The notes below the pieces were generated by a model, which made no database searches, was not told the DNA's origin, and saw only the letters and a list, made by a program, of their open reading frames with translations. Positions 1-9,759 of a DNA stretch of 64,000 bases are shown in pieces (positions within the stretch are counted from its first letter, which is position 1; every line of letters starts with the position of its first letter). This DNA comes from Synechococcales cyanobacterium VAR_4_metabat_354. Its GTDB lineage: Bacteria > Cyanobacteriota > Cyanobacteriia > Cyanobacteriales > Chamaesiphonaceae. Where the stretch lies: contig JANOQI010000046.1 of the NCBI GenBank assembly GCA_031414775.1, positions 64,001 to 128,000 of the forward strand, given 5' to 3'. Made by a program: the position numbers and the translations under genes.

Positions 1-628
1 TCAAGATCGTCAACTCATCAGAAACTACTCTGGTACCACCTGTCACCGAACTGGCGATGTCTGTTCCGGGCTGTTTGAGGACGGGAGCAGATTCTCCCGT
101 AATTGCCGACTCATCGACCGACGCGACCCCTAAAACTACTTCCCCATCAGCGGGAATCAATTCGCCGATTTTGACGATGACTCGATCGCCTTTTCGTAAT
201 TCAGTCGAACTAACTTGAGCAATCGCACCATCGGGTAGCACCTTGGAAGCGATCGTATCCGACCTACTCGATCTCAGTGAATCTGCTTGAGCCTTCCCGC
301 GTCCTTCCGCCACCGCTTCGGCAAAGTTAGCAAAAATAACTGTCAAAAATAGGATGATGGTAATCGATCCATTTAATATCCGTTGCTGATTTACATCTGC
401 TCGCACCGTCCCAAATAAATTAGGATCGATGGTGACGAGCAAAGTAACGATCGTACCGACCCACACCACAAACATCACCGGATTTCCCACCGCTGTGCGC
501 GGATCGAGCTTCCTGACAGCATCGCGCACAGCTCCTTGATACAACCCTTTCATTGCAGCTTTCTGTGGGTGTCGGCGTGAGTCTCTAGTGCCACCGGGCT
601 GTGGGGAGCGAGAAGATTTGCTAGTCAT
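1..628 (-). CDS. kdpB: K+-transporting ATPase subunit B (5' part; runs off window start)
   Basis: Manual translation from ATG at 628: ...KLDPRTAVGNPVMFVVWVG...FANFAEAVAEGRGKAQADSLR...IPADGEVV...VDESAITGESAPVLK; directly downstream of kdpA. Confidence 0.95.
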   Translation of the reverse strand, partial: MTSKSSRSPQPGGTRDSRRHPQKAAMKGLYQGAVRDAVRKLDPRTAVGNPVMFVVWVGTIVTLLVTIDPNLFGTVRADVNQQRILNGSITIILFLTVIFANFAEAVAEGRGKAQADSLRSSRSDTIASKVLPDGAIAQVSSTELRKGDRVIVKIGELIPADGEVVLGVASVDESAITGESAPVLKQPGTDIASSVTGGTRVVSDELTIL

Positions 629-631
629 ATT

Positions 632-2341
632 TTAAGCTCCCCGCATCAGTTGAAAGGCTTCAGCGATCGGTCCTAGTGCTAGTACTGGAAAAAAAGTTAA
701 GGCACCCATAATCAAAATCACACCTGTGGTAACTCCGGTAAACAACAATGTATCCGTGCGAAGCGTGCCCGTAGTAAAGGGAACAGGCTGTTTTTGAGAC
801 ATTCCCTCAGCGAGTAATAGCAACGCCACGATCGGCACATAGCGACCACCTAGTAGACTGAAACAAGTACTCAGATTCCACCACAATGCCGTCGGGGCCG
901 GTTGACTATCGGCTAATCCTTCAAAGCCAGAGCCATTATTAGCCGCAGCCGAGGCATATTCATACATTACTTGCGCCAATCCATGAAAACCAGGATTGCT
1001 AATTCCCGCTAATTGTTCGGGAAATGCTAACGCGATCGCGCCTGGCAGCAAGACGAAAATCGGGTGTATTAATAGGAGTAAAAAACTAGTTAGCACTACC
1101 TCGTTTTTTTCAATCTTCCGTCCCAAAAATTCTGGTGTGCGTCCTACCATTAATCCCGTCACAAATACCGCCAAAATCAGATAACAAAACAGGTACGCTG
1201 TTCCGGTGCCCTGTCCACCCCAAATGATTTGGAGAAACAAATTGGATAGTAAAATAAAGCCACCCGCAGGCATAAATGAATCGTGCATCGAGTTCACCGC
1301 ACCAGTCATCGTCCCAGTAGTAGTCACCGCATATAAAGCCGACTGCGCCCACCCAAATCGAACTTCTTTGCCCTCTAGATTGGGCTGTGAGCTGCCTAAA
1401 ATGGAATTAACCAGAGGATTGCCCTGATACTCACCAACGGCGGTCACGATGATAAATGCCACATACAGCACAAACACCATCCCAAAAACTAACCAGGCTT
1501 GCTTACGATTGTCGGCAATCACGCCGTAGGTATAAATCAACGAAGTAGGAATCGAAATCATCGTCAAAATCTGAATCAGGTTAGTCAATCCATTCGGATT
1601 TTCAAACGGATGAGCGGAGTTAATCGCAAAAAATCCTCCACCGTTTTCACCTAATTGTTTAATTATCTCAAAATGTGCCACTGGCCCGATTGCGATCGAT
1701 TGACTGATATTCGGATTTTCCAGTGTTGGTACAACTATTGCCCCAGCGAGGGTTTCAGGTGTACCTGCGGCAACTAAAACGATCGTCCCGACAATACTAA
1801 TTGGAAGTAAAATTCGGGTAATTGCCTGGGTTAGATCGACATAAAAATTGCCCAAAGGTCTACCCGTTAAACCGCGAATGAAGGCGATCGCTACAGCAAT
1901 TCCTGTTCCCGCAGAAGTAAAAAACATAAACCCCAACCCTAGCATCTGCGAGAAATAACTATAGGTTGTTTCACCGGAATAATGCTGCTGATTGGTATTC
2001 GTCATAAACGAAATCGCCGTATGCAATGCGGTATCCCAACTAGGCGCACCCAAACCTGTAGGATTGAGCGGTAGCAATCCCTGACTCATCAGCATCAAAA
2101 ATAGCGAAATCGCCATTGCTAGATTGCTATAGAGAATTGCCCTCGCATATTGCCATCCAGTCATCTGCGCTTGAGGCTGTACACCACCCAATCTAAAGAT
2201 CAGTTGATCGATCAGATTTAAGACTCGATCTAAAAATGTTCTTTGACCTAGATAAACACGGGCAATATATCCACCAAATATCGGTGTAATTGCTAAGATA
2301 ATAACTAGTGTCAATCCGATTTGAATCCATCCTTGTATCAT
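632..2341 (-). CDS. kdpA: K+-transporting ATPase subunit A
   Basis: [40 protein letters not shown] and [11 protein letters not shown] motifs. Confidence 0.97.
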   Translation of the reverse strand: MIQGWIQIGLTLVIILAITPIFGGYIARVYLGQRTFLDRVLNLIDQLIFRLGGVQPQAQMTGWQYARAILYSNLAMAISLFLMLMSQGLLPLNPTGLGAPSWDTALHTAISFMTNTNQQHYSGETTYSYFSQMLGLGFMFFTSAGTGIAVAIAFIRGLTGRPLGNFYVDLTQAITRILLPISIVGTIVLVAAGTPETLAGAIVVPTLENPNISQSIAIGPVAHFEIIKQLGENGGGFFAINSAHPFENPNGLTNLIQILTMISIPTSLIYTYGVIADNRKQAWLVFGMVFVLYVAFIIVTAVGEYQGNPLVNSILGSSQPNLEGKEVRFGWAQSALYAVTTTGTMTGAVNSMHDSFMPAGGFILLSNLFLQIIWGGQGTGTAYLFCYLILAVFVTGLMVGRTPEFLGRKIEKNEVVLTSFLLLLIHPIFVLLPGAIALAFPEQLAGISNPGFHGLAQVMYEYASAAANNGSGFEGLADSQPAPTALWWNLSTCFSLLGGRYVPIVALLLLAEGMSQKQPVPFTTGTLRTDTLLFTGVTTGVILIMGALTFFPVLALGPIAEAFQLMRGA

Positions 2342-2564
2342 GATTCAATATTTCTCCGACATTTTCATGGTGGGTTTGGTTGAATAATGTTGCTGTTGTT
2401 AATCAGATCATGACGCACTTATTGAATGTTGATAAAGATATAACTTTATGTTTAATCGAGTTTACCCTGTTTTGATCGCCATCCAAAATAATCTCTTGGA
2501 TCGGTCGCGCTCATAATATTTGCATTTTCGATCGACTCCCGATTAGGAGCATTAAATAGTCCCC

Positions 2565-2627
2565 CTCTACCCATTGATAGAGAGTAACAGCATAATATCT
2601 GCACTGAAAATCTGTCTGTTGATTGAT
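2565..2627 (+). promoter_or_regulatory. Paired imperfect 7-4-7 palindromes (putative activator boxes)
   Basis: CTCTACC-CATT-GATAGAG (2565-2582) and ATCTGTC-TGTT-GATTGAT (2610-2627); TATAAC 22 nt further on (2650). Confidence 0.55.
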
Positions 2628-2689
2628 TCGTTAGCTAGGTAGTCCCCAGTATAACTAGGTAGTGTCCATTACATCAGAGGTTTAATACC

Positions 2690-3067
2690 ATGAAGTTTAA
2701 TACTAAGACTATCGTTGCTAACCTTCAACAGCACCTCGCAAAATTTGTGAGCGGACTATTGATGCTAGCTCTAGTTTGGCAAATTGTCATTCTGGGAGTT
2801 GATTCAGCTATGGCATCTCCTATACTGGCCACCAGTGCTGACAGTATTTCTAAGCAAGTAACCGGTAAAGCCGAAGAGATGAAAGGTTCGGCCACGAGAT
2901 CGATCGGGAAAGCTCAGTCTGCCCTGGAAGACAAAAAAGGTGCAGCCAAAATGAAAGTCAAAGACGATTTAACTGAAACCAAGATTGCTGTGGACAAAAA
3001 TGCCGCTAGAGCTGGAAATGCTGTAGACAAAGCTGGTAGCGCCGTCAAAGACTTCTTCGGTAAATAA
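2690..3067 (+). CDS. Exported LEA/CsbD-like helical stress protein
   Basis: Hydrophobic N-terminal segment ending AMA, then Ala/Lys/Asp-rich amphipathic repeats ending KDFFGK; GAGG RBS. Confidence 0.65.
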   Translation: MKFNTKTIVANLQQHLAKFVSGLLMLALVWQIVILGVDSAMASPILATSADSISKQVTGKAEEMKGSATRSIGKAQSALEDKKGAAKMKVKDDLTETKIAVDKNAARAGNAVDKAGSAVKDFFGK

Positions 3068-3110
3068 AACCCCAGATTAAATCAATTAAATTTGTAGCAG
3101 GATGTAAAAA

Positions 3111-3356
3111 ATGAACTTTATTTGGTTCGCTTTGATCGGTTTGTGTGCTGGTTGGCTAGCGGGTCAACTAGTCAAAGGCAGTGGCTTTGGCCTCGTGGGA
3201 GACATTGTTGTTGGGGTAGTTGGTTCACTATTGGGCGGCTATCTGTTCAGCACTTTTGGTGTGGCTTCCGGCAGTGGAATGCTAGGTAGCTTGATCGTAG
3301 CTACTGTTGGCGCTGTCGTTCTGCTATTCGGGTTGCGCCTAATTAAGTCTGTTTAA
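3111..3356 (+). CDS. GlsB/YeaQ/YmgE family stress-response membrane protein
   Basis: IGLCAGWLAG...GLVGDIVVGVVGSLLGG...LIVATVGAVVLL pattern. Confidence 0.9.
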   Translation: MNFIWFALIGLCAGWLAGQLVKGSGFGLVGDIVVGVVGSLLGGYLFSTFGVASGSGMLGSLIVATVGAVVLLFGLRLIKSV

Positions 3357-3385
3357 CTTAGTAAAAATAACTTTTGGAAGAGACT

Positions 3386-3925
3386 ATGCGTACTATCAAT
3401 ATTGGTCTAACGGATCAGCAACGGCAGGGTGTGATCAATTTACTCAATCGCGATTTAGCAGACAACTATTTGTTGCTAGTAAAAACCAAGAAATTTCACT
3501 GGGATATAGTTGGGCCACAGTTTCTAACTCTCCATAAACTTTGGGAAGAGCACTACAATGTCCTCACTGCCAACATTGATGCTTGTGCCGAACGGATTCG
3601 GACTCTTGGTGGTTATCCGATTGGTACTATGCAAGGCTTTCTAGAACTGGCATCTCTCAGTGAATATCCTGGCAATGTCCCGATGGCTACTGAAATGGTG
3701 GATGTTCTGCTCGAAAACCATGAACAGGTCATTCGCAATATGCGGGATCACATTGACCTTTGCAGCGAAAATTTTCACGACCAAGGGACAGCAGATTTTC
3801 TGACTGGGTTAATGGAACAACACGAACAAATAGCCTGGATACTCCGATCATTTATTGAAGGAGAGGCTGTGTTTGCAAGTGGTTCTCGATCCGATCTTAC
3901 CAATCAGTCTAAAGTCGGTGTTTGA
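3386..3925 (+). CDS. dps: Dps family DNA-protection ferritin-like protein
   Basis: KTKKFHWDIVGPQFLTLHKLWEE, DACAERIRTLGG, DQGTAD and HEQIAW; ATG 3386 preferred over TTG 3374. Confidence 0.93.
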   Translation: MRTINIGLTDQQRQGVINLLNRDLADNYLLLVKTKKFHWDIVGPQFLTLHKLWEEHYNVLTANIDACAERIRTLGGYPIGTMQGFLELASLSEYPGNVPMATEMVDVLLENHEQVIRNMRDHIDLCSENFHDQGTADFLTGLMEQHEQIAWILRSFIEGEAVFASGSRSDLTNQSKVGV

Positions 3926-3981
3926 TCACCCCACTGTTTACATTCAATAATCTGCATCTAATCTTTTAAGGAGTTTTTACC

Positions 3982-4770
3982 ATGTCTGAACAAGCTCTAG
4001 CTATGTGCGTTACTGCTCCTGCCACAAAATGTACGATCTCAGCGATCTTTCAGGAAGAGCGTCAAATTGATGGCGTGGTACGGCGCTTGATCGATCGAGG
4101 TATTTTCAAAGATGAGATATCGGTAATGGGACGCAATTTTCAATCTGAAACTCGAATCACCGGATTTATTTCTAAGCGCGACGTGATCTTGGGTGGACTG
4201 CGCAGCGGAGCTGTTTTTGGCTCCCTGTTTGGGTCTTTCTTGAGCCTACTTACTGGCGTGGGCGTATTACTGATCCCCTTTGTCGGACCAGTGGTAGCAG
4301 CCGGACCCATTGGCGCAATCTTGCTAGGAGCCACTAGCGGCGCGATCGCTGGTAGTGCCGGAGCAGGATTAGTCTCGGTTTTGATGGCGCTGGGAATGCC
4401 CGAGGAACAAGCGACACTTTACCAAACCCGCCTCCAAGCTGGTGAATTTGTGATGATGTTGGAAGTGCCGTCCGATCGAACGGGTGAGTACAAATTATTG
4501 CTAGAAGCTTCTGGTGGGAAGGATATCCATACTATTGATTCTCCTTTGCCCAGAGCTGGTGAGAAATGTAATAGCCCCGCAGACTTGTCTCCTGAAATTC
4601 GTGCTCATCTCTCTTTAGAAGCCCAAATCGTTTTTGTATCGAGCTATGGCGTTGCTTTAAAAGAAATGAATGACGACACCAAAGCAGAGCACGCTGCCTG
4701 GGCAAAGGTACAGGAACGATTTGATGAAGACGAAAATGGGGTTTGGTCGAAAGCGAAAGTCGCTGCTTGA
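3982..4770 (+). CDS. General stress protein (YflT/17M-like N-terminus, Gly-zipper TM) with C-terminal ChaB domain
   Basis: [20 protein letters not shown]-terminal [15 protein letters not shown]...[13 protein letters not shown]...NGVW (ChaB-like). Confidence 0.75.
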   Translation: MSEQALAMCVTAPATKCTISAIFQEERQIDGVVRRLIDRGIFKDEISVMGRNFQSETRITGFISKRDVILGGLRSGAVFGSLFGSFLSLLTGVGVLLIPFVGPVVAAGPIGAILLGATSGAIAGSAGAGLVSVLMALGMPEEQATLYQTRLQAGEFVMMLEVPSDRTGEYKLLLEASGGKDIHTIDSPLPRAGEKCNSPADLSPEIRAHLSLEAQIVFVSSYGVALKEMNDDTKAEHAAWAKVQERFDEDENGVWSKAKVAA

Positions 4771-4916
4771 CCTCTTTACCTAATCATACATAAGCGTTTC
4801 CGGGTCGATACAACTATTCTATGCGGCTCTAATCCAAGTTGAGCAAAAATTGCTGATACCTCACTCGACTCGGAACCGCCATAACACTTTAATCCTAAAG
4901 AGCAACGTCATGAAAT

Positions 4917-5540
4917 TTAAACCAAGGTGACAGCTTTTTGGGCAACTATCACTAACCATGATTGCTGTTCGATCGGCATCCCCGGTGGTCGATAATAGTG
5001 ATCAAGAATTTGAAATCCAGCAGCGAGCAGTTCTGGTGCCAGAGTCTCGTATTCCCAGCCCGTTACATAACGTGCACCAGTTGATCGCTCCGAAAAACCT
5101 TCATAATCACCCCGTACCATCGACATTACCAATACACCGCGATCGACTAAAGCTCGATATAGATCTTGAAGAACTCGTTGCATCTCATTAGCTGGAACAT
5201 GAATGAGCGAAGCATTAGCAAAAATGCCATCAAAGTAACTGTATGGTAAATTCAGGTTTAAGAAACTCTGCTCCCACACAGGACAATTAGCTGCCTCTTT
5301 GGCCATAGCTACAAAAGCAGGTGTGGCATCTAAGCCCGTTACATCATGCCCCAATTTCTGAAACTTCACCAGATCGCGGCCAGGACCACAGCCCAAATCT
5401 AATATTTTTCCTGGTGTACGAGGTAGAGCCGAAATCAAAGCTGCGCGGTTTTGAGAGACATCATGACCCCAAGTGCCATCCCGAAAAGATTCGGCAGTGA
5501 TTTGATATTCTGCAATCGTAATTTCTTCGTGTTGTTCCAT
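4917..5540 (-). CDS. Class I SAM-dependent methyltransferase
   Basis: ILDLGCGPGRD and FDGIFANASLIH; likely start MEQHEE at 5540. Confidence 0.88.
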   Translation of the reverse strand: MEQHEEITIAEYQITAESFRDGTWGHDVSQNRAALISALPRTPGKILDLGCGPGRDLVKFQKLGHDVTGLDATPAFVAMAKEAANCPVWEQSFLNLNLPYSYFDGIFANASLIHVPANEMQRVLQDLYRALVDRGVLVMSMVRGDYEGFSERSTGARYVTGWEYETLAPELLAAGFQILDHYYRPPGMPIEQQSWLVIVAQKAVTLV

Positions 5541-5744
5541 GTGAGAAAGAATTAGATTTATGGTTCTTAAAGTACTACAATTTTGGCGCTCGGGGGAATA
5601 TCCTACCAAGTGAAGAAAATTAGTATTGCTGAGTATGCTTTCAACGCTGCTTTGTAAATAGCGTTATTAGTTTACATTCTTGTCAACAGCTTGTCGGAGT
5701 GGAATATGCTAGCCTACGGTTAAGAGGATGTGAGGGGTAATGCC

Positions 5745-7733
5745 ATGACAATAAATCCGCAGCTGGATTTAGCAGCAGTGACTGCTCGCTACCAAAAATT
5801 GTTAGAACGTATTCCTTGTCTGGCTTGGTTGATGACCGATCAAGGGGATGTTGTTAGCGCCAATCAGCAATGCTACCAATACTTCGGGCGAGCCAATAGC
5901 AATGAATCGGCAGAGTCGATAACGCCCGACCACCCTTGGACATTTATAGAAATTTTACATGATGAGGACTATGATCGCTTTTGGTGCTCTTGGACAGCAG
6001 CCCAAAAGTCTCAGCAACGGCTAGCAATCGAACTCCAACTGTGCAGTGCTGGGGGAGACTGGGAGTGGTTTAAAGTCGAATTAGAGCCAGACTGCGATGC
6101 ATGGGGAGAAACAATCTGGATTGGTACGGCGATGCGATTGAGTGAGGGAGTGGCGTGTTTAGAAGGTCGGAAATCCACCCAGTTTTTGCCAGCAACGATA
6201 GCTCTCCAGCAAAGCGAGCAGAAGTTTCGGGCTATTTTTGATAGCGTGTTTCAGTTTATTGGGCTAATTGAACCTGATGGTACATTGATCGAAGCAAATC
6301 TTACTGCTCTGAGATTTGGTGGGATGAAAGCCGAAGAGGCGATCGGTTACCGGTTGTGGGAAGTCCCCGGCTGGAAGTTTTCGCCAGCTGCCCAACAACA
6401 ATTACGAGATTCGATCGCCCGAGCCGCGCAGGGGGAATTTATCCGCTATGAAGTTGAAGTGCAAGGCGCAGCCAATCAGTTGGTGCCGCTCGATTTTTCG
6501 TTGATGCCAATTCGCAACGATCGAGGTGAGATCGTGCTGATTATTCCGGAGGGACGGGATATCAGTCAGCTTAAACAGGCAGAAGTTGAACGAACTTGCG
6601 CTGAACGCCACAGCGAACGTTTATCGATCGCACTCCAAGTGGCCAAAGCTGGAGCTTGGCATTGGGATTTTATCAACCAAAAGATTTTTTGGACGCGGGA
6701 ATTTGAAATCTTGTTTGATTATGAACCGGGCACTACACAGCAAGTCTATAGCGAATGGTTTGCACGGTTGCATCCAGATGATCGAGAGCGGGCAGAAACT
6801 GCATTAAAAGGTACGATCGATCGAACTTTATCTGAATATCGCTGTGAATATCGGATTGTTTATCGAGATGGCCAAATCCGCTGGATTGATGCGATTGGTG
6901 AATTAAACACTGACGAGCATGGCCACCCTCGCCTATCGGGCTTAGTGTACGATATTACCGATCGCAAACAGCTAGAAATACTTAATCAAACACAAACCGC
7001 CGATCTACAACGTCTCAATAATTCGCTGATGTTGATACAACAACGGTTAAAGGAACAAAATGAGAAGCTTGATAGCTTTGTTTATGTGGCTTCCCACGAT
7101 CTCAAAGCTCCCTTGAGATCGATCGCCAATTTATCAGAATGGATCGAAGACGATCTCAACGGCCACATCTCGGAAGATAATCAGAAGCAATTTCAACTAT
7201 TGCGTCAACGAGTCCAACGCATGAATGCATTAATTGATGGACTGTTGCGCTACTCACGGATAGGACGACAGGAATTAACAATCGAAACTGTTGATGTAGC
7301 CCAACTTCTATCCGAGACGATCGATTCCCTTGACCCGCCAGCAAGTTTCAAAATAGAAATATTGTCGCCACTGCCCACTTTGGACACCAAAAGAATATTA
7401 TTAGGCCAAATCTTTGCCAACTTACTTAGTAATGCCATTAAACATCACGACCGAGCTACTGGTCAGATTGAGATCACTGCTAAGGATCTGGGTGATCGCT
7501 ATCAATTTTCGATCAGGGATGATGGCCCTGGGATTCCGGTCGGGGAAAGTCGAGAACGTATTTTCGAGATTTTTCAAACACTCCAACCCAGTGTCTCTAG
7601 CGAAAATACGGGGATTGGTTTAGCACTAATTAAAAAAATTATCGAAGGCGAAGGTGGTCAGGTCTGGTTAGAGGAGAACAGCAAAGAAGGTGCTTGTTTT
7701 TGTTTTACTTGGCTCAAGACATTTAAATATTAG
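5745..7733 (+). CDS. Cytoplasmic multi-PAS sensor histidine kinase
   Basis: Three PAS/PAC-like segments; H-box ASHDLKAPL, N-box NLLSNAIKH, DDGPG and TGIGL; no TM segments. Confidence 0.9.
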   Translation: MTINPQLDLAAVTARYQKLLERIPCLAWLMTDQGDVVSANQQCYQYFGRANSNESAESITPDHPWTFIEILHDEDYDRFWCSWTAAQKSQQRLAIELQLCSAGGDWEWFKVELEPDCDAWGETIWIGTAMRLSEGVACLEGRKSTQFLPATIALQQSEQKFRAIFDSVFQFIGLIEPDGTLIEANLTALRFGGMKAEEAIGYRLWEVPGWKFSPAAQQQLRDSIARAAQGEFIRYEVEVQGAANQLVPLDFSLMPIRNDRGEIVLIIPEGRDISQLKQAEVERTCAERHSERLSIALQVAKAGAWHWDFINQKIFWTREFEILFDYEPGTTQQVYSEWFARLHPDDRERAETALKGTIDRTLSEYRCEYRIVYRDGQIRWIDAIGELNTDEHGHPRLSGLVYDITDRKQLEILNQTQTADLQRLNNSLMLIQQRLKEQNEKLDSFVYVASHDLKAPLRSIANLSEWIEDDLNGHISEDNQKQFQLLRQRVQRMNALIDGLLRYSRIGRQELTIETVDVAQLLSETIDSLDPPASFKIEILSPLPTLDTKRILLGQIFANLLSNAIKHHDRATGQIEITAKDLGDRYQFSIRDDGPGIPVGESRERIFEIFQTLQPSVSSENTGIGLALIKKIIEGEGGQVWLEENSKEGACFCFTWLKTFKY

Positions 7734-7791
7734 CTCTCCCGATCTATGTTCACGCAGCGCTATCTAGCAGTGCCTGAGATTTAATCAACCG

Positions 7792-8871
7792 TTATTTAAT
7801 CACTACTAATGACCGAGACCTTGCGTGGCCGTTATGTGACCATTTATTATCCAACACCTTATGGTAAACAGCTTCATAGCCGTCCGTCATCACCTGTACT
7901 CCAAATTTACGAGCAACATAGTCACGGCAGCTCTGTCTACTAATCGAGTGAATATTGGCTACTGCGGCTATGCATTCATCCACGCTCTCGCAAACAAAGC
8001 CATTTATACCATCGACAATTATTTCTGGGACTGAACCCATATTAATTCCAATTACTGGTGTTCCAGCCGCCATCGATTCAATCATCACTAGACCGAATGG
8101 TTCACGCCAGGTAATTGGGAATAAAGTAGCTATCGCTTTGCCCATCAAATTATTCTTTTGGTGATGATTAGCTTCGCCTAAAAATTGAATAAATTTGCCA
8201 TCAACAAAGGGGGCAATCTGTTCTTTGAAAAACTCTTCATCTACTGGGTCAACTTTACCAGCCATCTTAAGTGGAATTCCTACTCTTTTGGCAATCGTGA
8301 TCGCATGTTGTGGTCCTTTCTCATGCGACATCCGCCCTAAAAAAGCCAGATAAGCTGGAGCATCTGGCTGAGCAAAGAAACGATGGTCACTTACCCGAAT
8401 ACTATTGTAAACAGTAGCTACATAGTTTAAGCCTAAACTGGGTTCTCGTTGAGAGTTGGAAATGCTAATGTAGGGCTGGTCTTGGGCATAAGAGTAAAGC
8501 TTGGCGTTATCGCGCGTACATATTCCGTGCAATGTATGGACTGTAGGAGTTTTGCAAAGTTTTGCATGAGTCAAGGCTGCGCAACCAATATGAGAATGAA
8601 TGACATCAAACTCGGCGGCCTGGCCGTAGACTTGCCCCAGATTCAACATGTCATACACATCATATTCTTTGATATCAGGATCGAGACGTAAAGCTTGATG
8701 ATGAACTGACTTCAACTTTGCTGTTGTGATGGAATCTCCGGAGGCAAATAGAGTAACATCATGACCTCTGGCAACTAATTCCTCAGTCAAGAGACCAACA
8801 ACTAACTCAATTCCGCCATATGCTGGTGGTGGAACACGTTCCCAAAGCGGAGCGATCTGGGCAATTTTCAT
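7792..8871 (-). CDS. Glycosyltransferase family 4
   Basis: MKIAQIAPLWERVPPPAYGGIE and REPFGLVMIESMAAGTPV (EX7E). Confidence 0.93.
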   Translation of the reverse strand: MKIAQIAPLWERVPPPAYGGIELVVGLLTEELVARGHDVTLFASGDSITTAKLKSVHHQALRLDPDIKEYDVYDMLNLGQVYGQAAEFDVIHSHIGCAALTHAKLCKTPTVHTLHGICTRDNAKLYSYAQDQPYISISNSQREPSLGLNYVATVYNSIRVSDHRFFAQPDAPAYLAFLGRMSHEKGPQHAITIAKRVGIPLKMAGKVDPVDEEFFKEQIAPFVDGKFIQFLGEANHHQKNNLMGKAIATLFPITWREPFGLVMIESMAAGTPVIGINMGSVPEIIVDGINGFVCESVDECIAAVANIHSISRQSCRDYVARKFGVQVMTDGYEAVYHKVLDNKWSHNGHARSRSLVVIK

Positions 8872-9195
8872 TACTTTTCTCTTTAATTTTTACTGAATAA
8901 AGCCTTCTTCACAAACATGCCTCCACCTCTACTACTAAATACTTTCAACCTCTGTCTCTAAATTTAGATTTTATATAATTTATGATCAGGGTTCAGTTCA
9001 GATATGAGGCATAATGATGATCCTCTGAATCCCTTTTTATTACTTAGCTCAACTTGCGACCGACTGTAAAAGATCACAATATGTCTGAGATGATTAAATA
9101 CTCCTCGTTCTACATTTGCAGTGGATTGAATTTTATTATTCTTTTGAATGAAATTCCTAGCAATCGGTGAAGTACTCACCCAGACGTAACAAATA

Positions 9196-9222
9196 AGGCT
9201 CAGACAGTTACTGCCTGAGCCT
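9196..9222 (-). terminator. Probable intrinsic terminator of csbD
   Basis: AGGCTCAG-ACAG-TTA-CTGC-CTGAGCCT hairpin followed on the minus strand by TATTTGTT. Confidence 0.55.
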
Positions 9223-9262
9223 GATAGGCTAGAGGTAGTAGATTGTTGATGAATAATAAAAG

Positions 9263-9502
9263 CTATTTATTCAACTCATCCTTGGCGCGATCGATGCCTT
9301 CATTCACTTTGTCTGCTACTTGTTTAGCTGTGTCTGCAATTTTGTCCTTAGCATCTTCGATGCCATCGCGGACTTTTGCCACGCCTTGCTTAGCCTTGCC
9401 TTTGGCTTCGTCTTGGGAATTCCCTGTGACTGCACCTACGACTTCTTGTCCTTTTCCTTCTGCATTTTGAGCAGCTGCCTTAGCGCGATTTTCAATACTC
9501 AT
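9263..9502 (-). CDS. csbD: CsbD family general stress protein
   Basis: MSIENRAKAAAQNAEGKGQEVVGAVTGN..DEAKGKAKQ pattern. Confidence 0.9.
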   Translation of the reverse strand: MSIENRAKAAAQNAEGKGQEVVGAVTGNSQDEAKGKAKQGVAKVRDGIEDAKDKIADTAKQVADKVNEGIDRAKDELNK

Positions 9503-9575
9503 AATAATTTCCTGTTGATGCCGTAAGTTTTACAGCTGAATTATTTTTACAGTACGATATTTTTCCAGCAGCTCT

Positions 9576-9627
9576 CTCTACTGATGGGTAGAGTAAGTTG
9601 GTCGATCATATCTATCAATAGATGTAG
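9576..9627 (-). promoter_or_regulatory. Paired 7-4-7 palindromes upstream of csbD
   Basis: CTCTACT-GATG-GGTAGAG (9576-9593) and ATCTATC-AATA-GATGTAG (9610-9627); minus-strand TACTGT (9549-9554) lies 21 nt beyond the proximal box. Confidence 0.55.
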
Positions 9628-9759
9628 TGACCGGAAATCGGGGTGCCTTTAGTTTTGTAACAGAGTTTGAGTTTGGATGTGATTCATTCAATCGATCAAC
9701 TAGGTTCAATAAGACTGTCGGTAATTTGTATTTTTCCTATGTAGGAAATTAGAGCAATA

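Noticed and set aside
2342..2560. kdpF or a c-di-AMP (ydaO) riboswitch upstream of kdpA
   Set aside because: No small hydrophobic ORF or recognisable ydaO motifs on the minus strand
6150..6230. Possible internal PAS-domain deletion in the kinase (STQFL|PATIALQQSEQ junction)
   Set aside because: Cannot be supported without ortholog alignment
8964..9526. ORFs 8964-9179, 9243-9470 and 9320-9526
   Set aside because: No protein-like features; the latter two are antisense shadows of csbD
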